64,000 nucleotides of DNA from Alphaproteobacteria bacterium (GTDB lineage Bacteria > Pseudomonadota > Alphaproteobacteria > SHVV01). Position 1 is the stretch's first letter; each line of letters begins with the position of its first letter. The notes beneath the pieces are model-generated. The model made no database searches and had not been told where the DNA came from. It saw nothing but the letters and a program-made list of their open reading frames with translations. The translations under genes and the position numbers were made by a program. The DNA lies in NCBI GenBank assembly GCA_965261735.1, contig OZ253470.1, positions 3,264,001-3,328,000 on the forward strand. Reading direction: 5' to 3'. Below are positions 32,863 to 43,756 of this stretch, piece after piece.

Positions 32863-33588
32863 ATGAAGATCGGCGATTCGCCACGGATCTCCCGCAACAC
32901 CGAGATTGGCCGCCCCGCGGCCCGGGCGCGCGCGCCCGAGTCCGTCACCCCACCGCGCCCGATCCAGGACACCATGTCAGTCATGGGCATCCCCGAGCCG
33001 GAGCTCACGCCCAAGGTGCGTCAAGCGCTGGTCACGCTGATGGAGGAGGTCGGCCGGCTACGCGGCGATCTCGAGCGCACGCGCGAGCGGCGCGCCCACC
33101 TCGAGCGCCTGGCCGACCAGGATACCCTGATCCCGATCGCCAACCGACGTGCGTTCGTGCGCGAGTTGTCGCGCGTGATGTCCTACGTCGAGCGCTACGA
33201 GACGCCCTCGAGCCTCGTTGACTTCGACGTCAACAGCTTCAAGGGAATCAACGACACCTACGGCCACGCGGCCGGCGACGAGGCGCTGCACGTGGTCTCC
33301 AACATCTTCTTGCAGAGCATCCGCGAGTCCGACGTTGTCGGACGGTTGGGGGGTGACGAGTTCGGCATCATCCTCGCCCACACCGACCGCGCTGGGGCGA
33401 TCGAGAAGGCCGAAGCGCTCGTCGAGTCGATGCGCCGCGCGCCCTTTACCTGGGCCGGGAAGCGTATCCAGCTCGAAGTCGCCTACGGCATCTACACCTT
33501 CCAGGCGGGCGAGGACCCGGGACGAGCGCTGGCCGAGGCCGACCGCGCGATGTATGCGCACAAGCAGAGCATGAAGGCCGGCGGCTAA
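32863..33588 (+). CDS. Diguanylate cyclase (coiled coil plus GGDEF domain)
   Basis: NRRAF, FKGINDTYGHAAGD, RLGGDEF. Confidence 0.9.
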   Translation: MKIGDSPRISRNTEIGRPAARARAPESVTPPRPIQDTMSVMGIPEPELTPKVRQALVTLMEEVGRLRGDLERTRERRAHLERLADQDTLIPIANRRAFVRELSRVMSYVERYETPSSLVDFDVNSFKGINDTYGHAAGDEALHVVSNIFLQSIRESDVVGRLGGDEFGIILAHTDRAGAIEKAEALVESMRRAPFTWAGKRIQLEVAYGIYTFQAGEDPGRALAEADRAMYAHKQSMKAGG

Positions 33589-33656
33589 GTCAGAACCGGC
33601 GGCGCCCGAGCCGAATCGCGCCGGGCGTTGGGCCCCCTGTCCACGCCTGTGCCCGA

Positions 33657-33857
33657 CTACGCGATGATGTCCGGCAGGAGCTTGCTTTCGAGCCGCGTGA
33701 TGTGGTCTTTCAGCGACAGCTTCCGCTTTTTCAAGCGTTGCACCTGGAGCCGGTCGTAGTCGGCCGCAGCGGTCAGGGCCGCAATCGCCTGGTCGAGGTC
33801 GCGATGCTCGGTCTGCAGATCGACCAGCTGTTTCGCCATTTCCTCTCGGGTCGCCAT
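33657..33857 (-). CDS. DUF465 (YdcH-like) protein
   Basis: EHRDLD...RLKKRKL.LKD...LLPDIIA. Confidence 0.85.
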   Translation of the reverse strand: MATREEMAKQLVDLQTEHRDLDQAIAALTAAADYDRLQVQRLKKRKLSLKDHITRLESKLLPDIIA

Positions 33858-33949
33858 CGGTCTCCGCGGTCGGTCTGTGGCTGTCGTCATGATAGCAGAA
33901 AGTGGCTGAGGCCGGCACGACAATCGCCGCCCGGGCGGGCCGGGCCGCC

Positions 33950-34513
33950 GTGAGTCCGACGTTTCCCGACCACCCCTTCTGGGACTACTCGCTGGTGCTT
34001 TACGCCAAGCCCGAGGCGGCCGCCGCCTGCCTCGGGCTGCAGCGCCGACGCGGCACCGACGCCAATCTCCTGCTGCTGTGCTGCTGGTGCGCGGCGACCG
34101 CCCGCGGCGTGCTCGGGGTGCGACGGATCGAGCGCCTGGTCGCCGAAGTAGCCGCGTGGCGGACCGAGGTGTTGGAGCCGCTGCGTGCGGTCCGGACTCG
34201 CCTCGGGCAAGCGACCGCGCCAGGCGACCTCGCGGCCGCCTTGCGCGGGCGCGTACTCGCGGTCGAGGTCGACGCCGAGCACGTCGAACAGCTGGCGTTG
34301 GCCGCGGGCGTCGAGCCCCTCGCCGAGGCGCAATCACGGGCCGGGCCCGCCGCCACCGCCGCGCGCAACCTCGCCGACTACCTCGCCGCGACCGGAATCG
34401 CGGTGGATGAGGCGGATCGCGCGGACCTCGCCGCGCTGGTGCGTGCCGCCTTCCCGGAGCTCGGCGAGGCGGAGACCGCGGCCCTGATCGGCCGCGCCGC
34501 TGCTAGGCCCTAG
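33950..34513 (+). CDS. TIGR02444/DUF2390 family protein
   Basis: FWDYSL..Y..P.AAAACL.LQ...DANLLL; PLRAVR; AEHVEQ. Confidence 0.8.
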   Translation: MSPTFPDHPFWDYSLVLYAKPEAAAACLGLQRRRGTDANLLLLCCWCAATARGVLGVRRIERLVAEVAAWRTEVLEPLRAVRTRLGQATAPGDLAAALRGRVLAVEVDAEHVEQLALAAGVEPLAEAQSRAGPAATAARNLADYLAATGIAVDEADRADLAALVRAAFPELGEAETAALIGRAAARP

Positions 34514-36138
34514 AGCGCGCCCGCGCGCTCGCGCAGCTTGAATTTCTGGATCTTGCCGGTCGAGGTTTTCGGCAGCTCGCCGAAGACCACCGTCTTCGGC
34601 GCCTTGAAGTGGGCCATGTTGTCGCGGCAATGGCCGATGATATCGTCCGCGGTCACCGTGCCGGCGTCCGCCTTGAGCGTCACGAAGGCGCACGGGGTCT
34701 CGCCCCAGGTCTCGTCGGGCCGCGCCACCACGGCCGCCTCGAGGACCGCGGGGTGCTTATACAGCGCCTCCTCGACCTCGATGCTGGACACGTTCTCGCC
34801 GCCCGAGATGATGATGTCCTTGGAGCGATCCTTGAGCTCTATGTATCCGTCGGTGTGCACGACGCCGAGATCGCCGGAGTGGAACCAGCCCCCGGCGAAG
34901 GCCTCCTCGCTGGCGCTGGCGTTCTTGAGGTAGCCCTTCATGACGATGTTGCCGCGAAAAAAGACCTCGCCCATGGTGGCGCCGTCGGCGGGCACCGGTT
35001 CCAACGTCGCCGGGTCCGCGACCATGAGCTCCTCGAGCACCGGGTAGCGCACGCCCTGGCGGGCCTTGGTGGCTGCGCGCTCGGCATCGGGCAGCGTATC
35101 CCACTCGCGGTGCCAGGCGCTCACCACCGCCGGCCCGTAGGTCTCGGTCAGGCCGTAGACGTGGGTGACGCCGATGCCCTCGCGATCGAGCCCCGCCAGG
35201 ACGGTGCTCGGCGGCGGCGCGCCCGCGGTCATCGCGCTGATCGTGTGCTCGATCTTGCGCTTGTGCTCGGCGGGGGCGTTGATGAGCGCGTTCATGACCA
35301 CCGGAGCGCCGCAGAAGTGGCTCACCCGGTGTTCAGCGATGGCGTCGTAGATCGCCTTCGCCTCGACGCGCCTGAGGCAGACGTGGGTACCGGCCGCGGC
35401 GCACACCGACCAGGTGAAGCACCAGCCGTTGCAGTGAAACATCGGCAACGTCCACAGGTATACCGGGTGGGCCGGAGCGTGCCAGACGAGCAGGTTGCCG
35501 AGTGCGTTGAGGTAGGCGCCGCGGTGGTGGTAGACGACGCCCTTGGGATTGCCGGTCGTGCCCGAGGTGTAGTTCAGCGCGATCGCCTGCCATTCGTCCT
35601 CGGGCAGGCGCCACGGATGGTCCGCCGGCCCTTCGTCGAGAAGGGCCTCGTAGTCCTTCTCACCGAGGAGCTCGCCGGCGTGCGCGAGTGGATCGTCGAT
35701 ATCGATGACGACGGGCGGGCGCTCGAGCAGCGCCAGCGCCTCCTTGACCACCGGGCTCAGCTCGCGGTCGGTGAGCAGCAGCTTGGCGCCGCCGTGCTCG
35801 AGGATAAAGGCGACGGTGCGTGCATCGAGGCGGGTGTTGATCGCACACAACACGGCGCCCGCGGCCGGCACCCCGTAATGCGCCTCGAGCAGGGCCGGGA
35901 TGTTGGGCGCTATCACCGCCACCGTGTCGCCCGCGGCGATGCCGCGGCCGGCGAGCGCGCCGGCGAGCCGGCGGCAACGCGCGAAGAACTCAGCATAGGT
36001 GAAGGACTGGGAGCCGTGAATGACGGCCGTATGATCGGGGAAGACGGCGGCGCTGCGCTCGGGGAAGCCGAGAGGCGACAGCGGCTGAAAGTTGGCCGCT
36101 ACCTTGTCGAGGTCGGTATCGTAGGGGTGCGAGGCCAT
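34510..36138 (-). CDS. Acyl-CoA synthetase (AMP-forming, DmdB-like subfamily)
   Basis: NYTSGTTGNPKG, LPMFHCNGW, YGLTETYGP, KTSTGKIQK. Confidence 0.88.
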   Translation of the reverse strand: MASHPYDTDLDKVAANFQPLSPLGFPERSAAVFPDHTAVIHGSQSFTYAEFFARCRRLAGALAGRGIAAGDTVAVIAPNIPALLEAHYGVPAAGAVLCAINTRLDARTVAFILEHGGAKLLLTDRELSPVVKEALALLERPPVVIDIDDPLAHAGELLGEKDYEALLDEGPADHPWRLPEDEWQAIALNYTSGTTGNPKGVVYHHRGAYLNALGNLLVWHAPAHPVYLWTLPMFHCNGWCFTWSVCAAAGTHVCLRRVEAKAIYDAIAEHRVSHFCGAPVVMNALINAPAEHKRKIEHTISAMTAGAPPPSTVLAGLDREGIGVTHVYGLTETYGPAVVSAWHREWDTLPDAERAATKARQGVRYPVLEELMVADPATLEPVPADGATMGEVFFRGNIVMKGYLKNASASEEAFAGGWFHSGDLGVVHTDGYIELKDRSKDIIISGGENVSSIEVEEALYKHPAVLEAAVVARPDETWGETPCAFVTLKADAGTVTADDIIGHCRDNMAHFKAPKTVVFGELPKTSTGKIQKFKLRERAGAL

Positions 36139-36302
36139 GGTCTTCTCCCAACTGCCGGGCGCCCGCGCTGGCGCGGGTGGATCAAAGCTACGCGAACTGG
36201 GCGCGCCCGATCAACGGCGGGGCGGGCCGGTTGACAAACGAAACGCAAGGGTAGTTTGGTTGTGATCACGTTGCGCCACCGTGCAGCCGGCAGGGGGACG
36301 AG

Positions 36303-38204
36303 ATGACGAGTACCTACGACAGGGTCTACACGAGCTGGCAGGAGGACCCGGAGGGGTTTTGGGCCAGGGCGGCCGAAGACATCATGTGGACCAAGAAGTG
36401 GGACAAGGTGCTCGATTCGAGCGCGACCCCGATCACGCGCTGGTTTGCCGGCGGCATCCTCAACACCTGCTACAACGCGCTCGACTACCACGCCCATACC
36501 GGGCGCGGCGACCAGCCGGCATTGATCTACGACAGCCCGATGACGGGCACCATCGAGTCCATCACCTACCGCGCGCTGCGCGACCGCGTGTCGCTGTTTG
36601 CGAGCGCGCTCAAGGGCTTGGGCGTCGTCGCCGGCGACCGCGTCATCGTCTACATGCCGATGGTCCCGGAGGCGGTAATCGCCATGCTCGCCTGCGCCCG
36701 CCTGGGTGCGATCCACTCGGTGGTGTTCGGCGGCTTCGCCGCCAACGAGCTCGCGACCCGCATCGACGACGCGGCACCCAAGGTGATCGTCGCCGCGAGC
36801 TGCGGCCTCGAGCCGGGCCGGATCGTGGCCTACAAGCCGCTGCTCGATGCGGCCATCGACCTCGCCACCGCCAAACCCGAGGCTTGCATCGTCCTGCAGC
36901 GCCCGCAGGCGGAGGCCACCATGGTCGAGGGCCGTGACCACGATTGGCACGAGGTCACCGCCAACGTGCTGCCGACGTCCTGTGTCGACGTCGCCGCCAC
37001 CGACCCGCTCTACATCCTCTACACCTCCGGTACGACGGGTATCCCCAAGGGCGTGGTGCGCGACAATGGCGGCCACGCGGTCGCGCTCAAGTGGTCGATG
37101 TCGAACATCTACGGGATCGAGCCCGGCGAGGTGTTTTGGGCGGCCTCGGACGTGGGCTGGGTGGTCGGCCACTCCTACATCGTCTATGCGCCGCTGATCC
37201 ACGGCTGCACCACGATTCTCTATGAGGGCAAGCCGGTGGGCACGCCCGACCCCGGCGCCTTCTGGCGCGTCATCTCGCAGCACAAGGTCTCGGCCCTGTT
37301 CACCGCGCCGACCGCCTTCCGCGCCATCAAGCAGCAGGACCCCAAGGCCGAGTACGTCAAGAAGTACAATCTCGACCATTTCCGTACGCTGTTCCTGGCC
37401 GGCGAGCGCGCCGATCCCGACACGCTCGAATGGGCGGAGCGCGCGCTGGGAAAGCCGGTCATCGATCACTGGTGGCAAACCGAGAGCGGCTGGCCGATCG
37501 CCGCCAACTGCGTCGGGCTGGGTGCGCTGCCGGTCAAGCACGGCTCGCCGACCAAGTCGGTGCCGGGCTACGACGTGCGCGTGGTGAACGAGGACAACCA
37601 GGAGGTAGCGGCGGGCGAGACCGGCGCCATCGTCCTCAAGCTGCCGCTCGCGCCGGGCTGCCTGCCGACGTTGTGGAACAACGACGACGGCTACAAGGAC
37701 TCCTATCTGTCCCAATACCCCGGCTACTACATGACGGCGGACGCCGGCTACCTCGACGAGGACGGCTATCTCTACGTCATGAGCCGCACCGACGACATCA
37801 TCAACGTCGCCGGTCACCGGCTGTCGACGGGGGCGATCGAGGAGGTGCTGGCCTCGCACGCCGACGTCGCCGAGGCGGCGGTGATCGGCGTCCATGACGA
37901 CATCAAGGGGCAGGTGCCGGTGGGCTTCGCCGTTCTCTCCGCGGGCGTTAACCGCGAGCACGGCGACATCGTCGGCGAGGTCGTGCAACTCGTGCGCGAG
38001 CGCATCGGGCCCATCGCCTCGTTCCGCACCGCCGCGGTGGTCAAGCGCCTGCCCAAGACGCGCTCGGGCAAGATCCTGCGCGGCACCATGCGCCAGATCG
38101 CCGACGGCGAGGAATACCGGATGCCGGCGACCATCGACGATCCCGTCATCCTCGACGAGATCACCGAGGCACTCAAGGGCGTCGGCCTGGCCAAGGCGGG
38201 CTGA
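36303..38204 (+). CDS. prpE: Propionyl-CoA synthetase
   Basis: YTSGTTGIPKGVVRDNGG, DHWWQTE, PKTRSGKILR. Confidence 0.88.
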   Translation: MTSTYDRVYTSWQEDPEGFWARAAEDIMWTKKWDKVLDSSATPITRWFAGGILNTCYNALDYHAHTGRGDQPALIYDSPMTGTIESITYRALRDRVSLFASALKGLGVVAGDRVIVYMPMVPEAVIAMLACARLGAIHSVVFGGFAANELATRIDDAAPKVIVAASCGLEPGRIVAYKPLLDAAIDLATAKPEACIVLQRPQAEATMVEGRDHDWHEVTANVLPTSCVDVAATDPLYILYTSGTTGIPKGVVRDNGGHAVALKWSMSNIYGIEPGEVFWAASDVGWVVGHSYIVYAPLIHGCTTILYEGKPVGTPDPGAFWRVISQHKVSALFTAPTAFRAIKQQDPKAEYVKKYNLDHFRTLFLAGERADPDTLEWAERALGKPVIDHWWQTESGWPIAANCVGLGALPVKHGSPTKSVPGYDVRVVNEDNQEVAAGETGAIVLKLPLAPGCLPTLWNNDDGYKDSYLSQYPGYYMTADAGYLDEDGYLYVMSRTDDIINVAGHRLSTGAIEEVLASHADVAEAAVIGVHDDIKGQVPVGFAVLSAGVNREHGDIVGEVVQLVRERIGPIASFRTAAVVKRLPKTRSGKILRGTMRQIADGEEYRMPATIDDPVILDEITEALKGVGLAKAG

Positions 38205-38337
38205 GGCAACGGGCAGCCGGGGGCAGGCGGCGCGGCCACTGGTCGCCGGAGGCGCCCGGTCGCACGCGCGGTCTACACTCCAAAGGCCCGGGTTCGCGCG
38301 GTCATGGGGTCTACTTGCTTGCGCAATCCGCCGCGTT

Positions 38338-40133
38338 CACCCCCTCCCAACCCTCCCCCATCAAGGGGGAGGGCCAACAAACCGACTTAGCCCCACAATC
38401 TCCCATTCTTGTGGGAGGGCTAAGAAACCAACATCGCACCATCATTTCCCCTCCCCTTGTGGGGTGCGAGTCTCGCATGGCAGTGATGTCTGCGGCTTGG
38501 TTCGTTGAGTTCAGGCAGCGATTGCCATGGCTGCTGCACGTGGACTGATGTTGTCGTTGGCCGGTGTGTCGGTTGCGCTGATCAGGGCCTTCCATGCGCG
38601 CTCGAAGCGGCCGGATTTGATCAGGGCGCGGAAGGTCAGAACAGCCTGTCCGCCGACGATCCGCCAGCGCATGCCGGAGCGCTTCATGCGCTGTGTCACC
38701 AGGGATCTTGTTGGCAGCCTCGACCACGCCTGAGCCGATGGCGATGCCCTCTTCCTTCAGGGCGTGGTAGCGCATGCGATGGCGATGCTTGCGGAAGAAG
38801 GCGAGTTCCCGCTCGGTCTCGGCCCGGTCCGGCGCAGCGGCGGCATCGCGAAGGTGGCGCAGCGCCCGGATCACCTTGGCGACGCCACGGGGATCGTGAC
38901 GGAGGATCTCGCGGTACTTCTCGAACCAGCCGGGCGCCACGGCATGGTCGGACGCGGTTTGCAGATGTTCGCAAGCATGCCAGAAGTCGATCACCTCGGT
39001 TTCGGGCGACAGGGTCTCCAGGAAGGTCCAGTTGTCGGCGGCACCATCGGCGATAGCGACGATCTCGATCTCGGGGCGTGCTCGCCTGATGTGTGCGACT
39101 TCGCTTGCAAGCTGCGCCTTCAGCGTGAGCTTGCCGCTCTCCGGCATGGGGCCGAGATAGAGGGTCTTCAGGCGCTTGCCCTTGGCGTCGTGGAAGGAGA
39201 CCGTGCCGCAGGCGGCCTCGCGCCAGGAGGCCTTGGCGCGACCGTCCTCGCCGGGTCTCAGCGGCACCATGACGCCGTCGAGGGAGACCGAGGCGGTGGT
39301 CGCGTCCTGCGGTATGCCCTCGGCCTCACGGATGCTGCCCAGCGTCTCCGGGCCGAGGCTCTCCCAGCATTCGTGCATGCTCAGGGTCAGGCGCTCACCG
39401 ACGGCGTCATGGCGCCGGTCTTCGCAAAGAACGCCGCCGCTTCCCGGGCCGTGCAGCGACCCATCATCAGCAGACCGAGTTCGGCCGCCGGCCGCGTCAG
39501 GTAATCGTCGACGAGGCCCAGGCTCTCGTCGACCGGCCACCCGCGATGCCCCGCTCGCGCCGCTGCGGTAACGCGCTCGCCGGTAGGTCACCGGACCGAG
39601 CGAGGTCATGATCGTCTTCGGCGTCACCGCGACCCGGAACCAGCTCTGCCCGTCCCGCTCGATCCGGGAAGCGCCATCGTCCCGGTTCTCGATGACGGCG
39701 CCCATGACATCGCGAGCGAACTCGTTCGTGGCCTCACGCACCCGCAACTCGACCTCCTCGGGCGCCTCGGGGCGCGGCTCGGAACGAAGCTCCTCGCGAC
39801 ACAGTGCGAGCACCCGGGCGGCCGCCTCGACGACCCGAGGAGGCAGGCCGGAAAGATCGATGGACGAAGGCGCCGGAGGCGGGATACTGCCATGGGAATG
39901 CTCCCGATGTTGGGTTTCGAGACACGGCATCGTACCGCTTCTGGCGGTGCGGAGCGTTCCCACCTTCCCCTGCTCGACCCTGCCGTCGTGACAAAATCCT
40001 GCCTTGGAGCGGCCCATTGTCACGAATAGCCGTTTTCGGCCGTTCGTCTCGACACAAAAACGCACTAAATCAATGACTTAGATTTTCCATACCAGACCCA
40101 CACCCCCCTTGTGGGAGGGGGTAGGGGGAGGGG
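38338..40133. repeat. Inverted pair of C/G-rich REP-like hairpin units; the second is split by the ISKra4-like element
   Basis: CCCTCCCCCATCAAGGGGGAGGG at 38351-38373; TTTCCCCTCCCCTTGTG|IS|GGAGGGGGTAGGGGGAGGGG. Confidence 0.65.
38462..40105 (-). mobile_element. ISKra4/ISLre2-like (mutator superfamily) element, copy 1, frameshifted transposase
   Basis: GGGTG...CACCC IRs; TSD CCCTTGTG at 38454-38461 and 40106-40113; SLDG, ADGA, DFWHACEHL, GSGVVEAANK, RMKRSGMRW. Confidence 0.85.
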
Positions 40134-40185
40134 TACGAACAAGAGGAGGAGGCCGGCAGTGAGTCGCCTTCCTCCGCGGCCGAGT

Positions 40186-41073
40186 TTAGGTGGGCGGCGG
40201 TTCGGGGGCTTTCGGTGCCTCCTCACCGGCCTTGTCGGCCACGGGCTCCGGGGCGGGGGCGGGCTCCACGGGCGCGACGCCCCACGACGCCGCGGCAGGC
40301 TCCTCGGGCGCGGGCTCGGCGCTCACGACGCTCGCCGGCTCCGCGTCCTCGCCACGCTCCTCCGCCGGCGCGTTTACTGATTCCCCTGTCCGCTCGTCGG
40401 CGGCCGCCTCCGCCGGCACGTCCAATGGATCCGGCTCCGGCTCGTCCACCGGCATCTCCGTAGACGCAGCGGACGCGCCCTCTTCGGCTTCGGCGAGCTT
40501 CGCCTTTTCCGCCCGCCGCGCCGCCTTGCGCTCGCGTGCTTCCGCCGCGCGCAACCGGGCGGCGGCCCGGCCGACCGCCTCGTCGAGCTCGATTTGCGAG
40601 CACATGCCGAGCGAGACCGGGTCCTGCTGCTTGATGTTGGTAATGTTCCAGTGGGTGCGGTCGCGGATGGCGTTGATCGTCGGCTTCGTGGTGCCGACGA
40701 GCTTGACGACCTGGCTGTTGGTGAGTTCGGGGTGGAACCTGAGCAGCCAGCTGATGGCGTTGGGGCGGTCCTGGCGCTTGGCGACGGGCGTATAGCGCGG
40801 GCCCTTGCCGCGCGCCTGCGGTATCGGCACCCGCGACTCGGCCAGCGTCAGCCGGCGCTTCGGATCGGCCTCGCAGGCCACGATTTCGTCCTTCGTGAGC
40901 TGGCCGTTGGTCATGGGATCGAGGCCGACGATCCCGATCGCGACCTCGTCGTCGGCGATCCCCTGAATCTCGAGCGGATGCAAGCCGCAGAAGGCGGCGA
41001 TCTGCTCGAAGGTGAGCGACGTGTTTTCGACCAGCCACACGGCGGTGGCCTTGGGCATGAGCGGAAGGGTCAT
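40186..41073 (-). CDS. trcR: DUF1013 family protein (TrcR-like) with acidic low-complexity tail
   Basis: PLMPKATAVWLVENTSLTFEQIA, PRYTPV, RDRTHWN. Confidence 0.85.
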   Translation of the reverse strand: MTLPLMPKATAVWLVENTSLTFEQIAAFCGLHPLEIQGIADDEVAIGIVGLDPMTNGQLTKDEIVACEADPKRRLTLAESRVPIPQARGKGPRYTPVAKRQDRPNAISWLLRFHPELTNSQVVKLVGTTKPTINAIRDRTHWNITNIKQQDPVSLGMCSQIELDEAVGRAAARLRAAEARERKAARRAEKAKLAEAEEGASAASTEMPVDEPEPDPLDVPAEAAADERTGESVNAPAEERGEDAEPASVVSAEPAPEEPAAASWGVAPVEPAPAPEPVADKAGEEAPKAPEPPPT

Positions 41074-41185
41074 CAAGTCTCCTCGGGAGGCCGGCACCCA
41101 TCGCCGGCCCTCCTCTCGAATGGCGCCGAGTTAAACACGATTGCGGCCCGCGGAAAAGAACGGCGCGCGGGCCGGGGCCGGCGGA

Positions 41186-42163
41186 TCAGGCGGTCAGCAC
41201 GATCTTGCCGGTATGGGTACCCGCTTCCATGCGCGCGTGCGCGCCCGCCGCGGCGGCGAGCGGGTGCGTCGAGTCGATGACCGGCCGCAGGCGGCCGGCC
41301 TCGAACAGCGGCCACACGCGGGCGCGCAAAGCATCGGCGATCTCGGCCTTTTCGGCTAGGGGGCGGGCGCGTAGGCGCGAGCCCGTGATCGTCAGGTGCT
41401 TGAACATCAGCGGCAGGAAGTTGACGGTGACCTTGTGGCCCTGCTGGAGGGCGATGTGCACGAGCCGACCCTCGGGCGCCAGCGCCTCGAGGTTGCGCTG
41501 CACGTAGTCGCCGCCGACCATGTCGAGGATGACGTCGACGCCCTCGCCGCCGGTACACTCCTTGACCACGGCGACGAAGTCCTCGTCGCGGTAATTGATC
41601 GCGCGCTCGGCGCCGAGCGTCTCGCACACGGCGCATTTCTCCGGTGTGCCGGCGGTGGCGAAGACGCGCGCGCCGAGGGCCTTGGCGAGCGCGATCGCGG
41701 CCGTGCCGACGCCGCTCGCCCCGCCATGGACGAGAAAGCGTTCGCCGGCGGTCAGGCGCGCGCGGTCGAAGACGTTGGTCCACACCGTGAACGTAGCCTC
41801 GGGCAGCGCCGCGGCGGCGACCATGTCGAAGCCGCTCGGCACCGGCAGCGCGAGCTCGGCTGGAACGGTGCAATACTCGGCGTAGCCGCCCCCGGTGAGC
41901 AGCGCGCACACCGGATCGCCAACGCCCACGCCCGCGACACCGGGCCCGAGCGCGGCCACGGTGCCCGCCGCCTCGAGGCCGGGGATGTCGGAGGCGTCCG
42001 GTGGCGCCGGATAGGTGCCCGCGCGCTGCATACAGTCGGCACGATTGATGCCCGCGGCGGCCACCTTGATCAGCACCTCGCCGTAGGCCGGATCGGGCAC
42101 CGGCCGCTCGCCGAGCTGCAACACCTCCGGGCCGCCGGGCGCGCTGATGAAAACGGCCTTCAT
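41186..42163 (-). CDS. NAD(P)H-quinone oxidoreductase (PIG3 family)
   Basis: AAGINRAD, PGLEAAG, HGGASGVG, DMVGGDY. Confidence 0.9.
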   Translation of the reverse strand: MKAVFISAPGGPEVLQLGERPVPDPAYGEVLIKVAAAGINRADCMQRAGTYPAPPDASDIPGLEAAGTVAALGPGVAGVGVGDPVCALLTGGGYAEYCTVPAELALPVPSGFDMVAAAALPEATFTVWTNVFDRARLTAGERFLVHGGASGVGTAAIALAKALGARVFATAGTPEKCAVCETLGAERAINYRDEDFVAVVKECTGGEGVDVILDMVGGDYVQRNLEALAPEGRLVHIALQQGHKVTVNFLPLMFKHLTITGSRLRARPLAEKAEIADALRARVWPLFEAGRLRPVIDSTHPLAAAAGAHARMEAGTHTGKIVLTA

Positions 42164-42286
42164 GCTTTGGGCCCGGGTCGGTCTCCGTCGTCGCGTTCGG
42201 GGTTGGGGCGGGTTGCCGCGAGAGGTTGCAGGTCTAGTACGAACGCCGCACACTGGCAAGGCCGCAAGCCCCTGAGGGGAAGCCGC

Positions 42287-42461
42287 ATGGAAGAAGAAGA
42301 GGTCAAACCGGCGCCGGCCCCACCGGTCCTCGAAACGATGTCGATCGAGGCGCTCTATGAGCGCATCGCGGAGCTCGAAGCAGATGATCGCCAAGGCGCG
42401 GGAGATGATCGCACAAAAGGAAGCCGCGCGTAGCGACGCCAATTTGGTGTTCCGGAAGTAG
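42287..42461 (+). pseudogene. DUF1192-like small protein with a frameshift (or sequencing error) near 42383
   Basis: MSIEALYERIAELEA, then in a shifted frame MIAKAREMIAQKEAARSDANLVFRK*. Confidence 0.7.
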
Positions 42462-42578
42462 CGCGTACCAAAATGCAATCCCTGCTTGCGGCGCTAACCA
42501 TTTATTAATACTTATACGCGATATTCGATGCACGGTACGTTTTGCGAATGAACTACCGTCGTATCCTCCAGTCTGTTC

Positions 42579-43626
42579 CTTGCCTATCCGGTTTACACCC
42601 ACACCCACTAGGGCTAGAATGGGCGCAACCCGGATATAGGGGAGCGCGCCATGGATGTTCTCGACCGCGCCGATCTCCCATTCCCGCATTCGCTACCCGA
42701 GTTCCAGCGACTTTTCCCCGATGATGCGGCCTGCGCCGCCTACCTGGAGAAAGCCCGCTGGGGAGACGGCTTTGCCTGCCCGCACTGCGGCACGACGGGA
42801 GAGCCGTTCCACTTTGAAAACCGCCCTGGCGTCCTGCGCCACACTCCGCTGAACGTCTGGTTCTGGGCCGCTTATCTGGTCGCCAGTCAGACGCCCGGCA
42901 TGTCCGCCGTGCAGTTTCAGCGGCAACTTGGTCTTTCGCGCTACGAGACGGCCTTTCAAATTCTCCACAAGCTCCGCTCGGGCATGGTGCGGCCCAACCA
43001 AGACAGGATCGGTGGACAGCCCAAGAACCATGTTGAGGTGGACGAAACCTGGGTTGGCGGGCGAACGCGTGGGGAAGGCCGTGGTGTTCACCACAAGGTT
43101 CCCGTCTCCTGTGCCATCGAGGTGCGTCATCGAAAGCCGGGCACCAAGCTCGACAACCGGAAAGACGGACGCTATGCCGGACGCGTTCGGCTCGCCGTCG
43201 TGCTCGACCGTAGCGCCGAGTCGCTCTGTGGGTTCGTCGAGAGCACCGTCGCGCCGCGATCGCTGATCGTTACTGACGATTGGAGCGGCTATGCTGGCCT
43301 CGGTAAGCGCGGCTATGAGCACTTCGCTGTTGCCGAGTGTGGTGATCCAGAGGTTGCCGAGCAATACCTGCCGATCATCCATCTGGTTTTCGCCAACCTG
43401 AAGACGTGGCTGATCGATATCCACCACGGCGTTAGCCACCAGCACCTACAAGCCTACCTCAACGAGTTCACCTTCCGCTTCAACAGGCGGTTCTACCCGT
43501 TCAACGCCTTCCGCTCATTGCTCGGCATCGCGGGCGACACCTCTGCTCCAACCTATGCCGAGCTTTACTCGGGAGAGTGGCGGCACCCTACATGTAGCGG
43601 TCATGGACGTTAACCGGATAGCCAAG
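42579..43626 (+). mobile_element. IS1595-family element; transposase 42651-43613 with an in-frame 19-codon deletion
   Basis: IRs CTTGCCTATCCGGTT/AACCGGATAGCCAAG; TSD GTCTGTTC at 42571-42578 and 43627-43634; YLNEFTFRFNRR. Confidence 0.93.
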
Positions 43627-43652
43627 GTCTGTTCGATACCTCCCTGTTGACT

Positions 43653-43681
43653 AAAGCCGCCCTCCGGGGCGGCTTTTTTTT
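43653..43681 (+). terminator. Intrinsic terminator
   Basis: AAAGCCGCCC TCCG GGGCGGCTTT followed by a T run. Confidence 0.8.
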
Positions 43682-43756
43682 GCGTGGCCCCGGACATCGC
43701 CGCCGTCGGCCGCCGGCTCGCCCGGCGAGGGTCCGGGCGTGTATGCTTGGGGTGCG

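Noticed and set aside
34609-37988. Long antisense ORFs (541 and 629 aa) and similar ones throughout
   Set aside because: Shadow frames of high-GC genes
38311-40065. 584-aa ORF as an intact transposase
   Set aside because: It reads through compensating frameshifts and leaves the true frame before RMKRSGMRW
41396-42433. 345-aa plus-strand ORF
   Set aside because: Antisense to the quinone oxidoreductase; only its tail is the real DUF1192-like gene
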